A DNA stretch of 64,000 nt from an uncultured Gammaproteobacteria bacterium (lineage in GTDB: Bacteria; Patescibacteriota; Microgenomatia; Levybacterales; UBA12049). Under the pieces are notes generated by a model. That model saw nothing but the letters and a program-made list of their open reading frames with translations, was not told where the DNA came from and searched no databases. Numbering within the stretch: position 1 is the stretch's first letter; the number at the start of each line of letters is the position of its first letter. Shown here piece by piece: positions 18,214-28,600 of this stretch. The translations under genes were made by a program, and so were the position numbers. Where the stretch lies: positions 12,751 to 76,750 of the forward strand of contig CAZAZU010000002.1 of NCBI GenBank assembly GCA_964490105.1, in the 5' to 3' direction.

Positions 18214-18870
18214 ATGGTTTTTATGAACATAGAGCTAGCTTTAATCTCACTCGCTGTCTTAGTCCCGTCTGTCATTCTTCACGAAGTTGCGCACGGGTTT
18301 GTAGCCGATAAATTGGGTGATCCCACAGCTAGATTACTCAAGCGATTAACATTAAATCCTATTCCACACATTGATCCCCTAATGTCTATACTTCTTCCTC
18401 TATTATTGGTAATTTCTGGCTCCCCTGTTATTTTCGGAGCTGCCAAACCAGTTCCTGTTGACCCATTTAATCTTAAAGAGCCTAGAAAAGATATGGCTTT
18501 GGTTTCTCTCGCTGGACCTGGAACTAACTTTCTTATCGCAGCAGTCGCAGCCCTTATTTCCCACGTTCTTTTCCCGGGCGCATCAATTTTCGAAGTTTTA
18601 ACAAACAGTCTTTTAGGATTAGTCCTGGGGTTAACAATTACGATAAATATTAGTCTCGCGATCTTTAATCTTTTACCGATTCCTCCTCTTGATGGATCTA
18701 AAATCTTTGCTCTTTTTCTTTCAGAAAGCGCTTCGAGATCTTATCTATCACTAGGAAGTGTGGGATTCTTTATAATTTTCGCACTTATGCTTTTCCCAAT
18801 CGGAGGATTTTCCCTAGGAAATATTATTAGTGGCCTAAGTGACTCAGCCATCCGCCTCCTCGGCTTCTAG
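18214..18870 (+). CDS. M50 family (site-2 protease-like) membrane metallopeptidase
   Basis: HEVAHG (HExxH) inside a TM segment. Downstream NLLPIPPLDGSK (LDG motif). Polytopic. Confidence 0.75.
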   Translation: MVFMNIELALISLAVLVPSVILHEVAHGFVADKLGDPTARLLKRLTLNPIPHIDPLMSILLPLLLVISGSPVIFGAAKPVPVDPFNLKEPRKDMALVSLAGPGTNFLIAAVAALISHVLFPGASIFEVLTNSLLGLVLGLTITINISLAIFNLLPIPPLDGSKIFALFLSESASRSYLSLGSVGFFIIFALMLFPIGGFSLGNIISGLSDSAIRLLGF

Positions 18871-18895
18871 CCTTGCAAGGCGTCCCCTTGCGAGG

Positions 18896-19384
18896 CTAAT
18901 TTCCGGTATATTTGAAAGACTTCGCAATCTGATCTAACTCGTCATAGAGATCTTCCGAGGTTGTAGAAAAATTATAGACTCTTGGTTTAATAAACACAAA
19001 ATAAGTCATCCTAAAATTTTCTTCTCCAGATTTATTCGACAGCGCCTGTTTTACTGATTCATATCCATCAATTTCTAAATTCTCCGATTTAATTACCATA
19101 GCCCTATTCTTCTCATGCAAATCAGACAAATAACTATCTAGATCATTAAAATTAGTCCCACTTCTACTTATCAAAATTTCGCCGTTATTTTCTTTAACAG
19201 TCACTGAAGCAAACTTATCCTCAAGCCTTGACTCGGGAGGAACCTCAAATGATATATTCATTGATTTTGAATCGTAAATTTTATAATCTCGAGGATTTAA
19301 ATAATTATTAAAGTAAACAATTGAAATAACAGAAGCAATAATTAAGACTATAACTAATTCATTTTTTTTCTTTAATAACTTCAT
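18896..19384 (-). CDS. hypothetical membrane-anchored protein
   Basis: 162 aa with an N-terminal TM (LVIVLIIASVISIVYF). No motif. Confidence 0.35.
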   Translation of the reverse strand: MKLLKKKNELVIVLIIASVISIVYFNNYLNPRDYKIYDSKSMNISFEVPPESRLEDKFASVTVKENNGEILISRSGTNFNDLDSYLSDLHEKNRAMVIKSENLEIDGYESVKQALSNKSGEENFRMTYFVFIKPRVYNFSTTSEDLYDELDQIAKSFKYTGN

Positions 19385-19385
19385 C

Positions 19386-21827
19386 TTAGTAACTATATTT
19401 TAGCGTACCGCTTTCAGATCTTAGTTTCAAGAGATACATTCCGCTCCTTTCTTCCCTTAAAATCTGCCTATTATTTTTATCGTAAGTATAAATCTTTGTT
19501 TTATTTGTTAATGCCGAATAAACAATTCCTATTAAATTTTTATCTTTCATGAAAAATATTTCCGTAAGACTGTTAAGTTTTTTAGTTTTCGAATCATAAA
19601 CTGGCGCGACAATTAAATTATTTTTTTCTGGGTAAATATGAGGGCCATTGTTATATCTGAATGATGTAATATTTATCCAGGAAAGCGGATTACTCGAATA
19701 ATTTTTATACTGAAAAGTAAGGGTATTCCCCGCTTTGTCGGAAACGGTAGCTATTTTCCCACCAACTGAATCAGATTTAGTAACTGATGCTGATTCGGAT
19801 CCGTCTTTTCCATAAAATTCTATGGCTTTAGAATTTAAGAAATATTCTATCTCCACTTCAGGCGAAGTTTTGTCTATATAAAACGAAATGATTTTAGGAT
19901 CCTCAACATTCTCATCATTATCTACCGAATAAAATTCTAATTTATGCTTACCGGATGCCGAGAACTCTATTGGAGAGACATACTTTTCCCAATCTCCATC
20001 TTCTCTTCTATATAAAATATAATTTACTCCTAATCCATTTGTATTATCACTAGCAACTAGACTTACTAATGCGTTAGACCTGTAAAATCCTTCATTTCCC
20101 ATTACCCCGAAAATAAACGCTGAGGTTGTGGCAGGAGCTATATCTTTTCTTTCTGCTACCAATGCAAATTGAGTGAGATGATTTGCTGCGGTTGTTGCTT
20201 TTTTATTTTCTAAATCTACTGCGGTATCTTCTTTTACCCAATCAATTCCATCGGATGTTGAATAAATAGATAGAGTTCCTACGACAATTTTAGAAAGATC
20301 TAGATCAGAAAAATCCATGGTTAGTGAAAATGGCTTGTTAAAATTTGTAACCTCATTTCCCAAAGCATCTTCCGTGGTTACTTCGACTGTGGGACCGATT
20401 GATCTGAGTAAATCGGAAATCCTTTGTATGGGTGTGGAAATTAATTTAAGAATTAAACTTTTATCAGTAGCCCCTTCTGGAAAATTCACTGAATTTCTCC
20501 CGCTTACAAAAAAACCTCCATTAGAATCTAAAGTGGTATCAAGCCCATCAATTTTTTCTTTCCATAGATAATAGCTTTTATTTCCAGTTCTATTTTGACC
20601 ATTATAAAAGAATGAATAATTTTCCCATGGGTCAGGTGATTTAGACTGCCAACCAAATGGGTCCGTTAATCCATCAGGAATATTATCTTCAAAATTTCCA
20701 TCATTATTCTTATCCTGGATGACCATTAAGTGAATATGTGCGCCATCTTCTCCTTTAGGTCGCACATTTCCAGTAGCACCTACTTTCCCAATTGGATATC
20801 CCGCACTTACTTGAACTTCCAGATTTGGAATATTTGTAATTAATCCATCTTCTAGAAGATGGTAGTATCTTGTTTGATAACCATTACCATGATCTATGTG
20901 AATTGCATTTCCACACGGACCACAGGTATTAATAAATTTAGCAAATCCTCCTGCAGCGGCAATAACCTCATCCCCGTAATCTGCTTGAGCAAGACTCCCA
21001 TAATCATATCCGTCGTGAGAGGAGTAGGCCTCATCAGTTTTGGCATTTTTATAATTAATTATCTGACCGGGCTCGATCATTCCCACGCTTAACAATGGGT
21101 ACTCGTGGTCAAAAAATGAATTTATTGATAGTGCTGCATCTGTAAACGATAAACCTTTTCCTTTATAATCCCACGGTAATTCTAGGAATGGTTCTGGGGC
21201 TGGCAAAGGTGCGGGACTGGGGGTTACGGAGGGAGAAGGAGTGGGCGTCGGACTTGGATTAATATATTCATAATTAAATGCCACCTCTAGGTTATCAATA
21301 TTCGCTGACCATGCTGATGGTCCCGCTCTATTTATTCTAAAAATAAAATTATTTGATCTGATATTCGATGGGTTCAAACAGCTATTAAAATCTACTCCGC
21401 TTGTTGAGGTAATATTATACTCAGCAATATTTACTCCAACCAAGTTTGTCATTGTCCATTTATCTCCTGGCGTCTGACAATTCAATCCATAAGTTGTCCC
21501 CGCAGAAACACCGACAAACAATCCTATATCAGATTTTCCAGTCACACGAATCCTAACCCCAGTTATTCTCACGTCATTTGGTAATCCAAAATCTCCAAAA
21601 TTCCTAAAATATAAATTAGCGAATGAAAGTCCGGTGGCCCTATCACACGTTAAGCCATCTGTAGTTGAGCAATTTGATAAATTTGTATATGCGGGACTTC
21701 CATCAGTAGTTATAGTGGTAGCACTTCTATAAGGGGTTGTTTCTGCAGATGCTGGTCTAAGAAAACAAAAAAAGAATAACCCAAAGAACAGGCAGAAGAA
21801 AAAGGCCCTGATTGCACTTCTACTCAC
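19386..21827 (-). CDS. secreted M23 (LytM-type) peptidoglycan endopeptidase with large N- and C-terminal accessory domains
   Basis: Signal peptide, PT linker (NPSPTPTPSPSVTPSPAPLPAPEP), M23 motifs HDGYDYG (HxxxD) and GAHIHLMV (HxH), then a ~400-aa C-terminal region. Confidence 0.7.
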   Translation of the reverse strand: MSRSAIRAFFFCLFFGLFFFCFLRPASAETTPYRSATTITTDGSPAYTNLSNCSTTDGLTCDRATGLSFANLYFRNFGDFGLPNDVRITGVRIRVTGKSDIGLFVGVSAGTTYGLNCQTPGDKWTMTNLVGVNIAEYNITSTSGVDFNSCLNPSNIRSNNFIFRINRAGPSAWSANIDNLEVAFNYEYINPSPTPTPSPSVTPSPAPLPAPEPFLELPWDYKGKGLSFTDAALSINSFFDHEYPLLSVGMIEPGQIINYKNAKTDEAYSSHDGYDYGSLAQADYGDEVIAAAGGFAKFINTCGPCGNAIHIDHGNGYQTRYYHLLEDGLITNIPNLEVQVSAGYPIGKVGATGNVRPKGEDGAHIHLMVIQDKNNDGNFEDNIPDGLTDPFGWQSKSPDPWENYSFFYNGQNRTGNKSYYLWKEKIDGLDTTLDSNGGFFVSGRNSVNFPEGATDKSLILKLISTPIQRISDLLRSIGPTVEVTTEDALGNEVTNFNKPFSLTMDFSDLDLSKIVVGTLSIYSTSDGIDWVKEDTAVDLENKKATTAANHLTQFALVAERKDIAPATTSAFIFGVMGNEGFYRSNALVSLVASDNTNGLGVNYILYRREDGDWEKYVSPIEFSASGKHKLEFYSVDNDENVEDPKIISFYIDKTSPEVEIEYFLNSKAIEFYGKDGSESASVTKSDSVGGKIATVSDKAGNTLTFQYKNYSSNPLSWINITSFRYNNGPHIYPEKNNLIVAPVYDSKTKKLNSLTEIFFMKDKNLIGIVYSALTNKTKIYTYDKNNRQILREERSGMYLLKLRSESGTLKYSY

Positions 21828-21918
21828 AGAATTAGCCTCTTAACCTGAGCTTACTCCCGAAAAATCGAAAAAGCAACAGTGAATCCTTCTAGCTTCATGT
21901 TTTAGTTCTATAGTTAAA

Positions 21919-21955
21919 CTACAGCTTTCCAAGGAGAGTCCTTGGAAAGCTGTAG
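21919..21955. repeat. perfect 17-bp-stem hairpin (REP/IS200-end-like), left flank of the Y1 transposase
   Basis: ctacagctttccaaggagagtccttggaaagctgtag. The arms are exact reverse complements. Confidence 0.7.
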
Positions 21956-21976
21956 GAGACATGTTATTATTTACTT

Positions 21977-22666
21977 ATGCCAGCTAAAAATGCACTCAAG
22001 AATTATCAAGAGAATAGCTTTTATCATATTTATAACCGCGGTGTTGAAAAAAGAATTATTTTTGAAAATTCTCAGGACTACTTAGTTTTCCTCTCCTATC
22101 TTAAGGAATATCTAACTCCTAAAAATGAAAAAGAATTATGTAATCGACTTTCAGATCCTAAAATCGGATCTATCGAAAGAGATAAGATTATAAAAATTTT
22201 AAATCTTAATAATTTTTCAGATGAGATTAATCTTCTAGCATATTGTCTTATGCCAAATCATTTTCACTTTTTACTAAAACAGAAAAAACAAAATTCTATC
22301 GATAGATTCATGAGATCAATATGCACAAGATACACAATGTATTTCAATAAGAAATACAAAAGAGTTGGCTCACTATATCAGGGTGTATACAAGGCAGTGA
22401 TAATTAAAAAAGAAAATCAATTTCTCCATTTAACTCGATACATCCATCAACAAGCTTTAGCTTTCGATAATCAGATTTTGGATGGCTACAATGGTCAACC
22501 TTGTTCTTATTGGGAATACGTTGAAAAAAGAAGAATCGAATGGATTAAACCCCAGGAAATCTTATCTTATTTTTCTGAAAATAATCCAAAATTATCTTAT
22601 GCAAACTTTGTCAACGAAAAAAATAATTCTGAGATAATGCAAGATTTAATTCTTGAGGAGTATTAA
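21977..22666 (+). mobile_element. Y1/HUH tyrosine transposase (IS200/IS605 TnpA- or RAYT-like)
   Basis: HuH motif LMPNHFHFLL and downstream Tyr in RYIHQQA. 229 aa. Flanked on both sides by the same hairpin sequence. Confidence 0.75.
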
Positions 22667-22699
22667 AATCCTTTTGTTCAAATTTTATTACTCACCTCC

Positions 22700-22728
22700 A
22701 GTTTTCCAAGGAGAGTCCTTAGAAAGCT
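22700..22728. repeat. imperfect copy of the same hairpin, right flank of the Y1 transposase
   Basis: agttttccaaggagagtccttagaaagct shares the core ccaaggagagtcctt with the 21919 hairpin. Two arm mismatches. Confidence 0.6.
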
Positions 22729-22894
22729 AAATTGCCCCGGTTTATTTTTTTACTATAAGTAAAATTTTACTTACTTGACTTATCCACATTTTAGGTTTAA
22801 AACTATATTATAGGGTCGAAAGATTTTTGATATAGTTTTTGTAACCAAACTATATCTCTTCATTTAGCTATACCGGGCTAAGATATTTAGGTTC

Positions 22895-22949
22895 TCTTCA
22901 CTTACTATGGGTTTGACATCCCCCTTAAAATGTTGTAATATGACCGCGT
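22895..22949 (+). promoter_or_regulatory. sigma70-like promoter (TTGACA-17-TAATAT) for the 22950 operon
   Basis: ttgacatcccccttaaaatgttgtaatatga immediately upstream of the ATG at 22950. Confidence 0.4.
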
Positions 22950-23684
22950 ATGGCTGTACAGCAAGAAACTTTAATGAAACACACACCAGCACATCGTCAA
23001 ACACAAGAAGGCGGTTTACCTAGCCTGCCAAACAGACCTAGAACCCCCCACCTTCCACACTCAAGAGCAATCGCTGTTGGATTAGCTTTAGCAATTGCAG
23101 GAACGGCCGTAGGGGGAATTTTTAGAAAAACTGGTGATACTGTAATAAATGAAATGCCTACAGTCGTAACCCTAGATAATCAACACGAATTCATATTTGA
23201 TGGAAGATTACTTGTAAATCTAAGTATGTCACCTGAAGGCGAAGTAAGAAAAGAACCTACAACTAGAACACAGATTTTAAAAGCTGAATCTATCACTATT
23301 CCTGAGGGAGAAGAATTATATGCAACTGATGATATCGCTGCTCCAGAAGGTGAACAACACAGAGTCACACTATCACCTGTTGATTTATCTGAATCCTATT
23401 TCGTACCAGTAGCTGGAAGAACCTATGGTCAAGACACTAAAGATCACTATGCAGATATGACTGTAAATAGAGATGTAGCTTTAGGATCTGAGCCAATACT
23501 AAAAGATCCATTTGGATCAGTAAATATAAATGGAATAGAAGTCGGAATCTTTTTTAGAGTAAGCAATGCTGATGGAAGCGCTAAACTGGGTCCTAATGAA
23601 AAGCCTGTTTATGTAAAACCAAGTCAAGTAGATGTAGCAATTCCAGAGGCCCAAAATCAAGTACCACAGCCTGTAAATGCTTAA
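22950..23684 (+). CDS. hypothetical membrane-anchored protein (GC-rich)
   Basis: 244 aa. Pro/Arg-rich N-terminus, then a TM helix (AIAVGLALAIAGTAVGGIF). Confidence 0.4.
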   Translation: MAVQQETLMKHTPAHRQTQEGGLPSLPNRPRTPHLPHSRAIAVGLALAIAGTAVGGIFRKTGDTVINEMPTVVTLDNQHEFIFDGRLLVNLSMSPEGEVRKEPTTRTQILKAESITIPEGEELYATDDIAAPEGEQHRVTLSPVDLSESYFVPVAGRTYGQDTKDHYADMTVNRDVALGSEPILKDPFGSVNINGIEVGIFFRVSNADGSAKLGPNEKPVYVKPSQVDVAIPEAQNQVPQPVNA

Positions 23685-23740
23685 TTTACATGCTATAGGC
23701 TTGACAATTGGCCGAAAAGGAGTATAATCGCAAACTGAAT

Positions 23741-24826
23741 ATGACAGAAACACTAAATACATCAATCGGCGCACATCCTAACACTCGTTCAGAGTCGAAT
23801 CAAGCATATTGGAAATCTATCACTAGAAGAGTCGCTACAGGAAAAACAATTGAAATCTCTACTGTGGCACAAACTCCTAAAGTAACTGATACATTTACTC
23901 CCCTTTTCGATCAAGGATCTTTCATGTACAGAGCGGTAGCTCTTGCAGGAAGATTTGCAAAACCGGCATTAGCAACAGGCGGAGCCGCAGCAGGAATAGC
24001 AGGAGCAGCACTTGTAGTTGACTTGGATGGAAAATACGTATCTGCACAAGAGCCATCTACTGCTCCATCAGCTGCGCCATCAATTGAGCCTAAACCATCA
24101 GTAACTCCTGATCCAGAAACAGGACTTTTACCATGCCCTACTCCGACACCTGAACCAGGAGAAACACCAATTCCTGATAGAACTATCCCACCTGACATCG
24201 GAGTTGTTTCAGAAGGAGAGGTTTTATTCGCACAAGGAGCCAATTCAAACGGAGAAACTGTAATAGTTACTCTAGCTCAAGAAGCACCATCAGCTGCTCC
24301 ATCAGCACCAGCAAGCCCAGCTGCATCAGAAGGCCCAAAAACAGCAGTAAATCCAAATTGTGATCCAGTATTAACAGAGGCATATATTAAAGCTGGAAGA
24401 CCTGCAGACAAAGAACCAGTTAAATTTAGTTTTATGGATGAAGCAATAGAAGCCCCAATCAGTATGGGTGAACTAAAAGGAATAATTAAAGCTTTTTATA
24501 CAAAACACCCAGAAGCACTTCAGTATGTAGACGAATACGACACAAAGCTTACTACAAAAACACGAAATAGAATGCTTAAGCAATGCGAAAAAGGATATCC
24601 TGATGATCCGAAAGAACTAATTCAACAAAGCAGGGTATCGAGCTGTGCTGGTCTAATAAACTTTTTATACTATATTGCTGTAGAAAATAAATCCCAAGGA
24701 ATGATGGACTTAGCTCAATCAGTTTACTGGTACGCAGTAGCTAATATTAAAGCCTATGATCCCGCGCGTGCTCTTGAGGAGTTTTTAGGTGGAATTGAAA
24801 TAAGAAATCAAACTATTCAAGGTTAA
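23741..24826 (+). CDS. hypothetical protein with A/P/S-rich linker and Cys-containing C-terminal domain (GC-rich)
   Basis: Start moved to MTETLNT (23741) because the upstream ATG lies inside a TTGACA-16-TATAAT promoter (23709-23736). Linker SAAPSIEPKPSVTPDPETG...PTPTPEPGETP. Confidence 0.4.
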   Translation: MTETLNTSIGAHPNTRSESNQAYWKSITRRVATGKTIEISTVAQTPKVTDTFTPLFDQGSFMYRAVALAGRFAKPALATGGAAAGIAGAALVVDLDGKYVSAQEPSTAPSAAPSIEPKPSVTPDPETGLLPCPTPTPEPGETPIPDRTIPPDIGVVSEGEVLFAQGANSNGETVIVTLAQEAPSAAPSAPASPAASEGPKTAVNPNCDPVLTEAYIKAGRPADKEPVKFSFMDEAIEAPISMGELKGIIKAFYTKHPEALQYVDEYDTKLTTKTRNRMLKQCEKGYPDDPKELIQQSRVSSCAGLINFLYYIAVENKSQGMMDLAQSVYWYAVANIKAYDPARALEEFLGGIEIRNQTIQG

Positions 24827-24880
24827 TCCTCTTCTCTTCGTATTGACACAGATATCCAGGCTATACTAATCTAATACTAT

Positions 24881-25621
24881 ATGAGCTTTAACTTGCTCAA
24901 TTCTGTTCGTGTAAAATTAATTGCCCTGGTACTAATGATCTTCATTGCTGTAACTATCTTTTTTGGTATTTTCTATTTGAGAAATAGAGAAGAAATACCA
25001 GATGAGCTTACTCTCCTAGACAGAGAGGGAGGAAAAATCTCCTATCTATATCCAAATTACATTAGCCAAGTTAGGGTTGAGGAAAAATTTAAAATCCTGC
25101 ACGATAAAAAACTCACAGAACAGGAAAGATATTCTGCGCTTGATAATCTAGCTTTCTTTTTCGGCTCTGCATATAGTGATACTAATGACGCGAAAATAAG
25201 AAAATATCTAGTCAACTTAGGTAAATATGGAGAAAAAGAATTCCCTGCTCTATTTAAAAAGGGTCCTTTTAACCCTGTGTGTCAAGATCCAAGCTGTGCA
25301 CCTCCGACTCCTGAGGAAATTAAATCAATAATTACTCAAATTAAATCGTCTGATGCTCCAAAAGAAGATATAGAAAGAATAACTAAGGCTCTATCAAATG
25401 CCAGCATGGTGGAAGATGATGCCGAGGATTTTAAATTTTACGCTTATAATCAGGCTTATACTGATATCAAGTCCGTAGCTGATACATCATCCTCTTCAGC
25501 CCTACTTAAAACACACGAAGATCTAGGTATATTTCTCTCAAAAAAATACCCGGAATATTGGGAACTCTACAAAGAAAACGTAAGTGAAGGTATAAAAGAA
25601 AGCTTTCTTGAAAATTTATGA
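24881..25621 (+). CDS. hypothetical membrane-anchored protein
   Basis: 246 aa with an N-terminal TM (LIALVLMIFIAVTIFFGIFYL). 4-nt overlap with the downstream giant gene. Confidence 0.4.
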   Translation: MSFNLLNSVRVKLIALVLMIFIAVTIFFGIFYLRNREEIPDELTLLDREGGKISYLYPNYISQVRVEEKFKILHDKKLTEQERYSALDNLAFFFGSAYSDTNDAKIRKYLVNLGKYGEKEFPALFKKGPFNPVCQDPSCAPPTPEEIKSIITQIKSSDAPKEDIERITKALSNASMVEDDAEDFKFYAYNQAYTDIKSVADTSSSSALLKTHEDLGIFLSKKYPEYWELYKENVSEGIKESFLENL

Positions 25622-28600
25622 AAAAAATATTACTAGCTCTTATAATATTCCTAGCACTATTTGAAATAGCTTCAAAAGTTAACGAAGTGCGTGCACATGG
25701 ACCAAGCAAGACTCTTTATTTTAGAAGATGTAACTATAATCCCGGAGTAAGATGGCAAGTTAGATATCAAGTCATATTTAGTGATAATAGTAAATCAGGA
25801 TATATATATGGAACTACGGGACCCGAATCAGCTCATAACGATTACTACGCGGAAGAAGTATGTAACGGATTCGCAAATAGAACTGGCGCATCTGAACCTC
25901 TCGTTAATACCGGCAGTAATGCAGCTGATCCGCCCCATCCAGGAGGATTTATAAGCAGTAGACTAGGACCGAGACAAGACAGTACAAAAATAGTATGGTC
26001 TACAGCTTGTGTAGATCCCGTAATCGATGCTATTACGGTCTACGAAACATTAGACGGAGGACATTTCATATGGGAATTTGTGGAAGACGTCTCATTTAGA
26101 CGTAATATAAATGGGTGCAATGTGCCAAACAGTGGATGCAGCGGTTTTAACGCAGGAAACTTAATCTCCGCAGTAGAGGGAAAAGGAACAATTAATTTTA
26201 GTGAGACAAGCAAATGCAGTAACAACCCCCCACCTCCAAAATACAAAATCAGCGGACATGTTTTTATAGATAAAAACGAAGATGGAGATAAGGACCCAGG
26301 AGAACCATACTACAACTCAGGAGATAGATCTATAGAAAAATGGGGAGACTATCATGAATATGAGGATGGTGGGTCAAACAACAATGGCTTCTATGAATTC
26401 TTTAATTTACCGGGAAGAGATGATTACGGAATTAAATTTAATGTTCCAAGTGGATATAGATGCACTACAGGAAGCGGATGCAGTCATGGCTGTCAAAGTC
26501 AGGGATGCGGAAATGGAATAACACTAGGACCGAGTAAAACTTATAATTTTGGTATCGCACTTGATCGCGGAGCAATTTCGGGAGTTGTTTATATAGATGA
26601 GTGGAACGGAAATAATCCGCCAAATGGAAAAATTGACGGGAATGATACCCGCCGACGAGATGAACTGGTAAGAATGGATCCCAATGGAGCAAATGAAACA
26701 CGAAGAACTGATAGGGATGGTAGGTATAGATTTGGAGATTTGAATCCGGGATCTGACCATAACATAAGACTTGACGGAATTGAGCCCTGCAGGTTAAATG
26801 TCATGGGCGATAATCCTAAAATAAATGTTAACGCTCCTTCAGGCGGAAATAACGATGTACATTTCAGACTCACCCGAAGGTATTTCGAGATAGTTGGAAA
26901 TATATATAGATATGATGCTGCCGAATGCACACCCACCATTAACACTAACTGTCAGGCATATGGAAGAAGCGTAAAGCTTACCGCTGTCGGAACAGGAAGA
27001 AATGATGATTCAAAAGCAGGAGATGCTCCTGACTATAAAATAACACGAATTCAGGATCAAAACGGGGCTTATTCAGTCAGACTTACAGGTCTTAGAGATG
27101 GAGAAAGTGTAGTTGGAGGAAATGAAAAAGACGTTATTGTTAACTGTGCAAATGCAAGACAGGATTTTTACATTCGTCCAGCTGGGGCTACTGAGTTCGA
27201 TATTTCAGGAACTGTTTATGTAGACTCAAACAACGATGGCGCTCTTCAAAAAGCAACGGATGAGATATATGATGGAGGCGGAACTGTTCAGATCAGAACT
27301 GGAAATAATTCAGCCTCGACTGGAAGAACAGGCCCAGTTAGGAATAATGGAACTTATACCGTAATAGACAATCCTCAGAACACAAATTATACTGTAAGAC
27401 TTCAACAAGGAACTCTAGCCTCAGGCTACACTGTACTAAACAATGATAGACGCATTAGCATGGGAACTGCAGACGTAGCTCAGGTTAACTTTTTAGTTGA
27501 TGCTCCTGCAAATACCTATTCTATCAGGGGTGGAGTTTATATAGATTCTGATAACCCTGAAGGAAAAAAGACTGGATCAGAGCCTTATGTTTCAGCAACC
27601 GGCAGTGAAAGAATAAGAATACAAGGACTCCCTGCAGGAGCAAATTGTCCTCAAAACAGATCTTCATTTGTTAGAGATATTAATAATTTTACAGGAGAAT
27701 TTATCGCAAGCGGAATTCAACCCGGATGCTATAGAGTCGAATTCAACGGACCTTCCGGCAGAGGTGCTAATTGGAGAGTAACTTACCCTTCAGGCATCTC
27801 CCCTTTTACCATTGGACCTATCATAGTAGGACCGAATTGTAATGATGACGCTACAGATCAAGATGGTATCGCTCTTTGCGCTACTGGCGCAGGAGGCGGA
27901 GTTAATGGAAATATCACAAATGTAGATTTTGGAATAAAACAGCAAGATGATAATCCCTGGTACCAATCAGTCGGTGGTGATGTACGCATTGACGAAGATA
28001 ATTACAGGAATATAATTCCGGATGGTAATTCTCCGGTCTGCACAAATTCTACATACCCTTATGTATCTTCTAACTCAATTAGCGGAAATCTAACATCTGG
28101 AGTAGTATTTACAGGAAGTAATCCTAACTTCTCAGATACCGGAAATGATAGATCAAAAGCTTCAAATCGAGGCTGGCTTCTAACAGGAAATGAATTTAGC
28201 CCGTCAAGACCCGGAACTATAAGAACCTCTTATACTTATATGAATAATATTATCGAGAAAGGAAGAATTACTGTTAACCCAATGTTTGGTAATAGCGCTA
28301 CTAAAACATGTATCAATAACTCTGGACCTGACTGTACTTTCAGAGCAAATCTCTTAAATGGAGTCTATAAATCAACAACTTCTGTAACTATCAGAGGAAG
28401 CGGAAATCCCGAAACATATACTTTTCCTGATGGAAGAGATTATGTTTTCTTAATTGAAGATGACCTAAGAATAGAATCTAATATTCAGGTAAATCCAGGC
28501 TCTACCGTAACATTCATAGTCAGCGGAGATATCATCATTAGTCCCGACGTAACTGAACTTGATGGAATTTATTCTGCCGATGGCAGCTTTATTACTCAGG

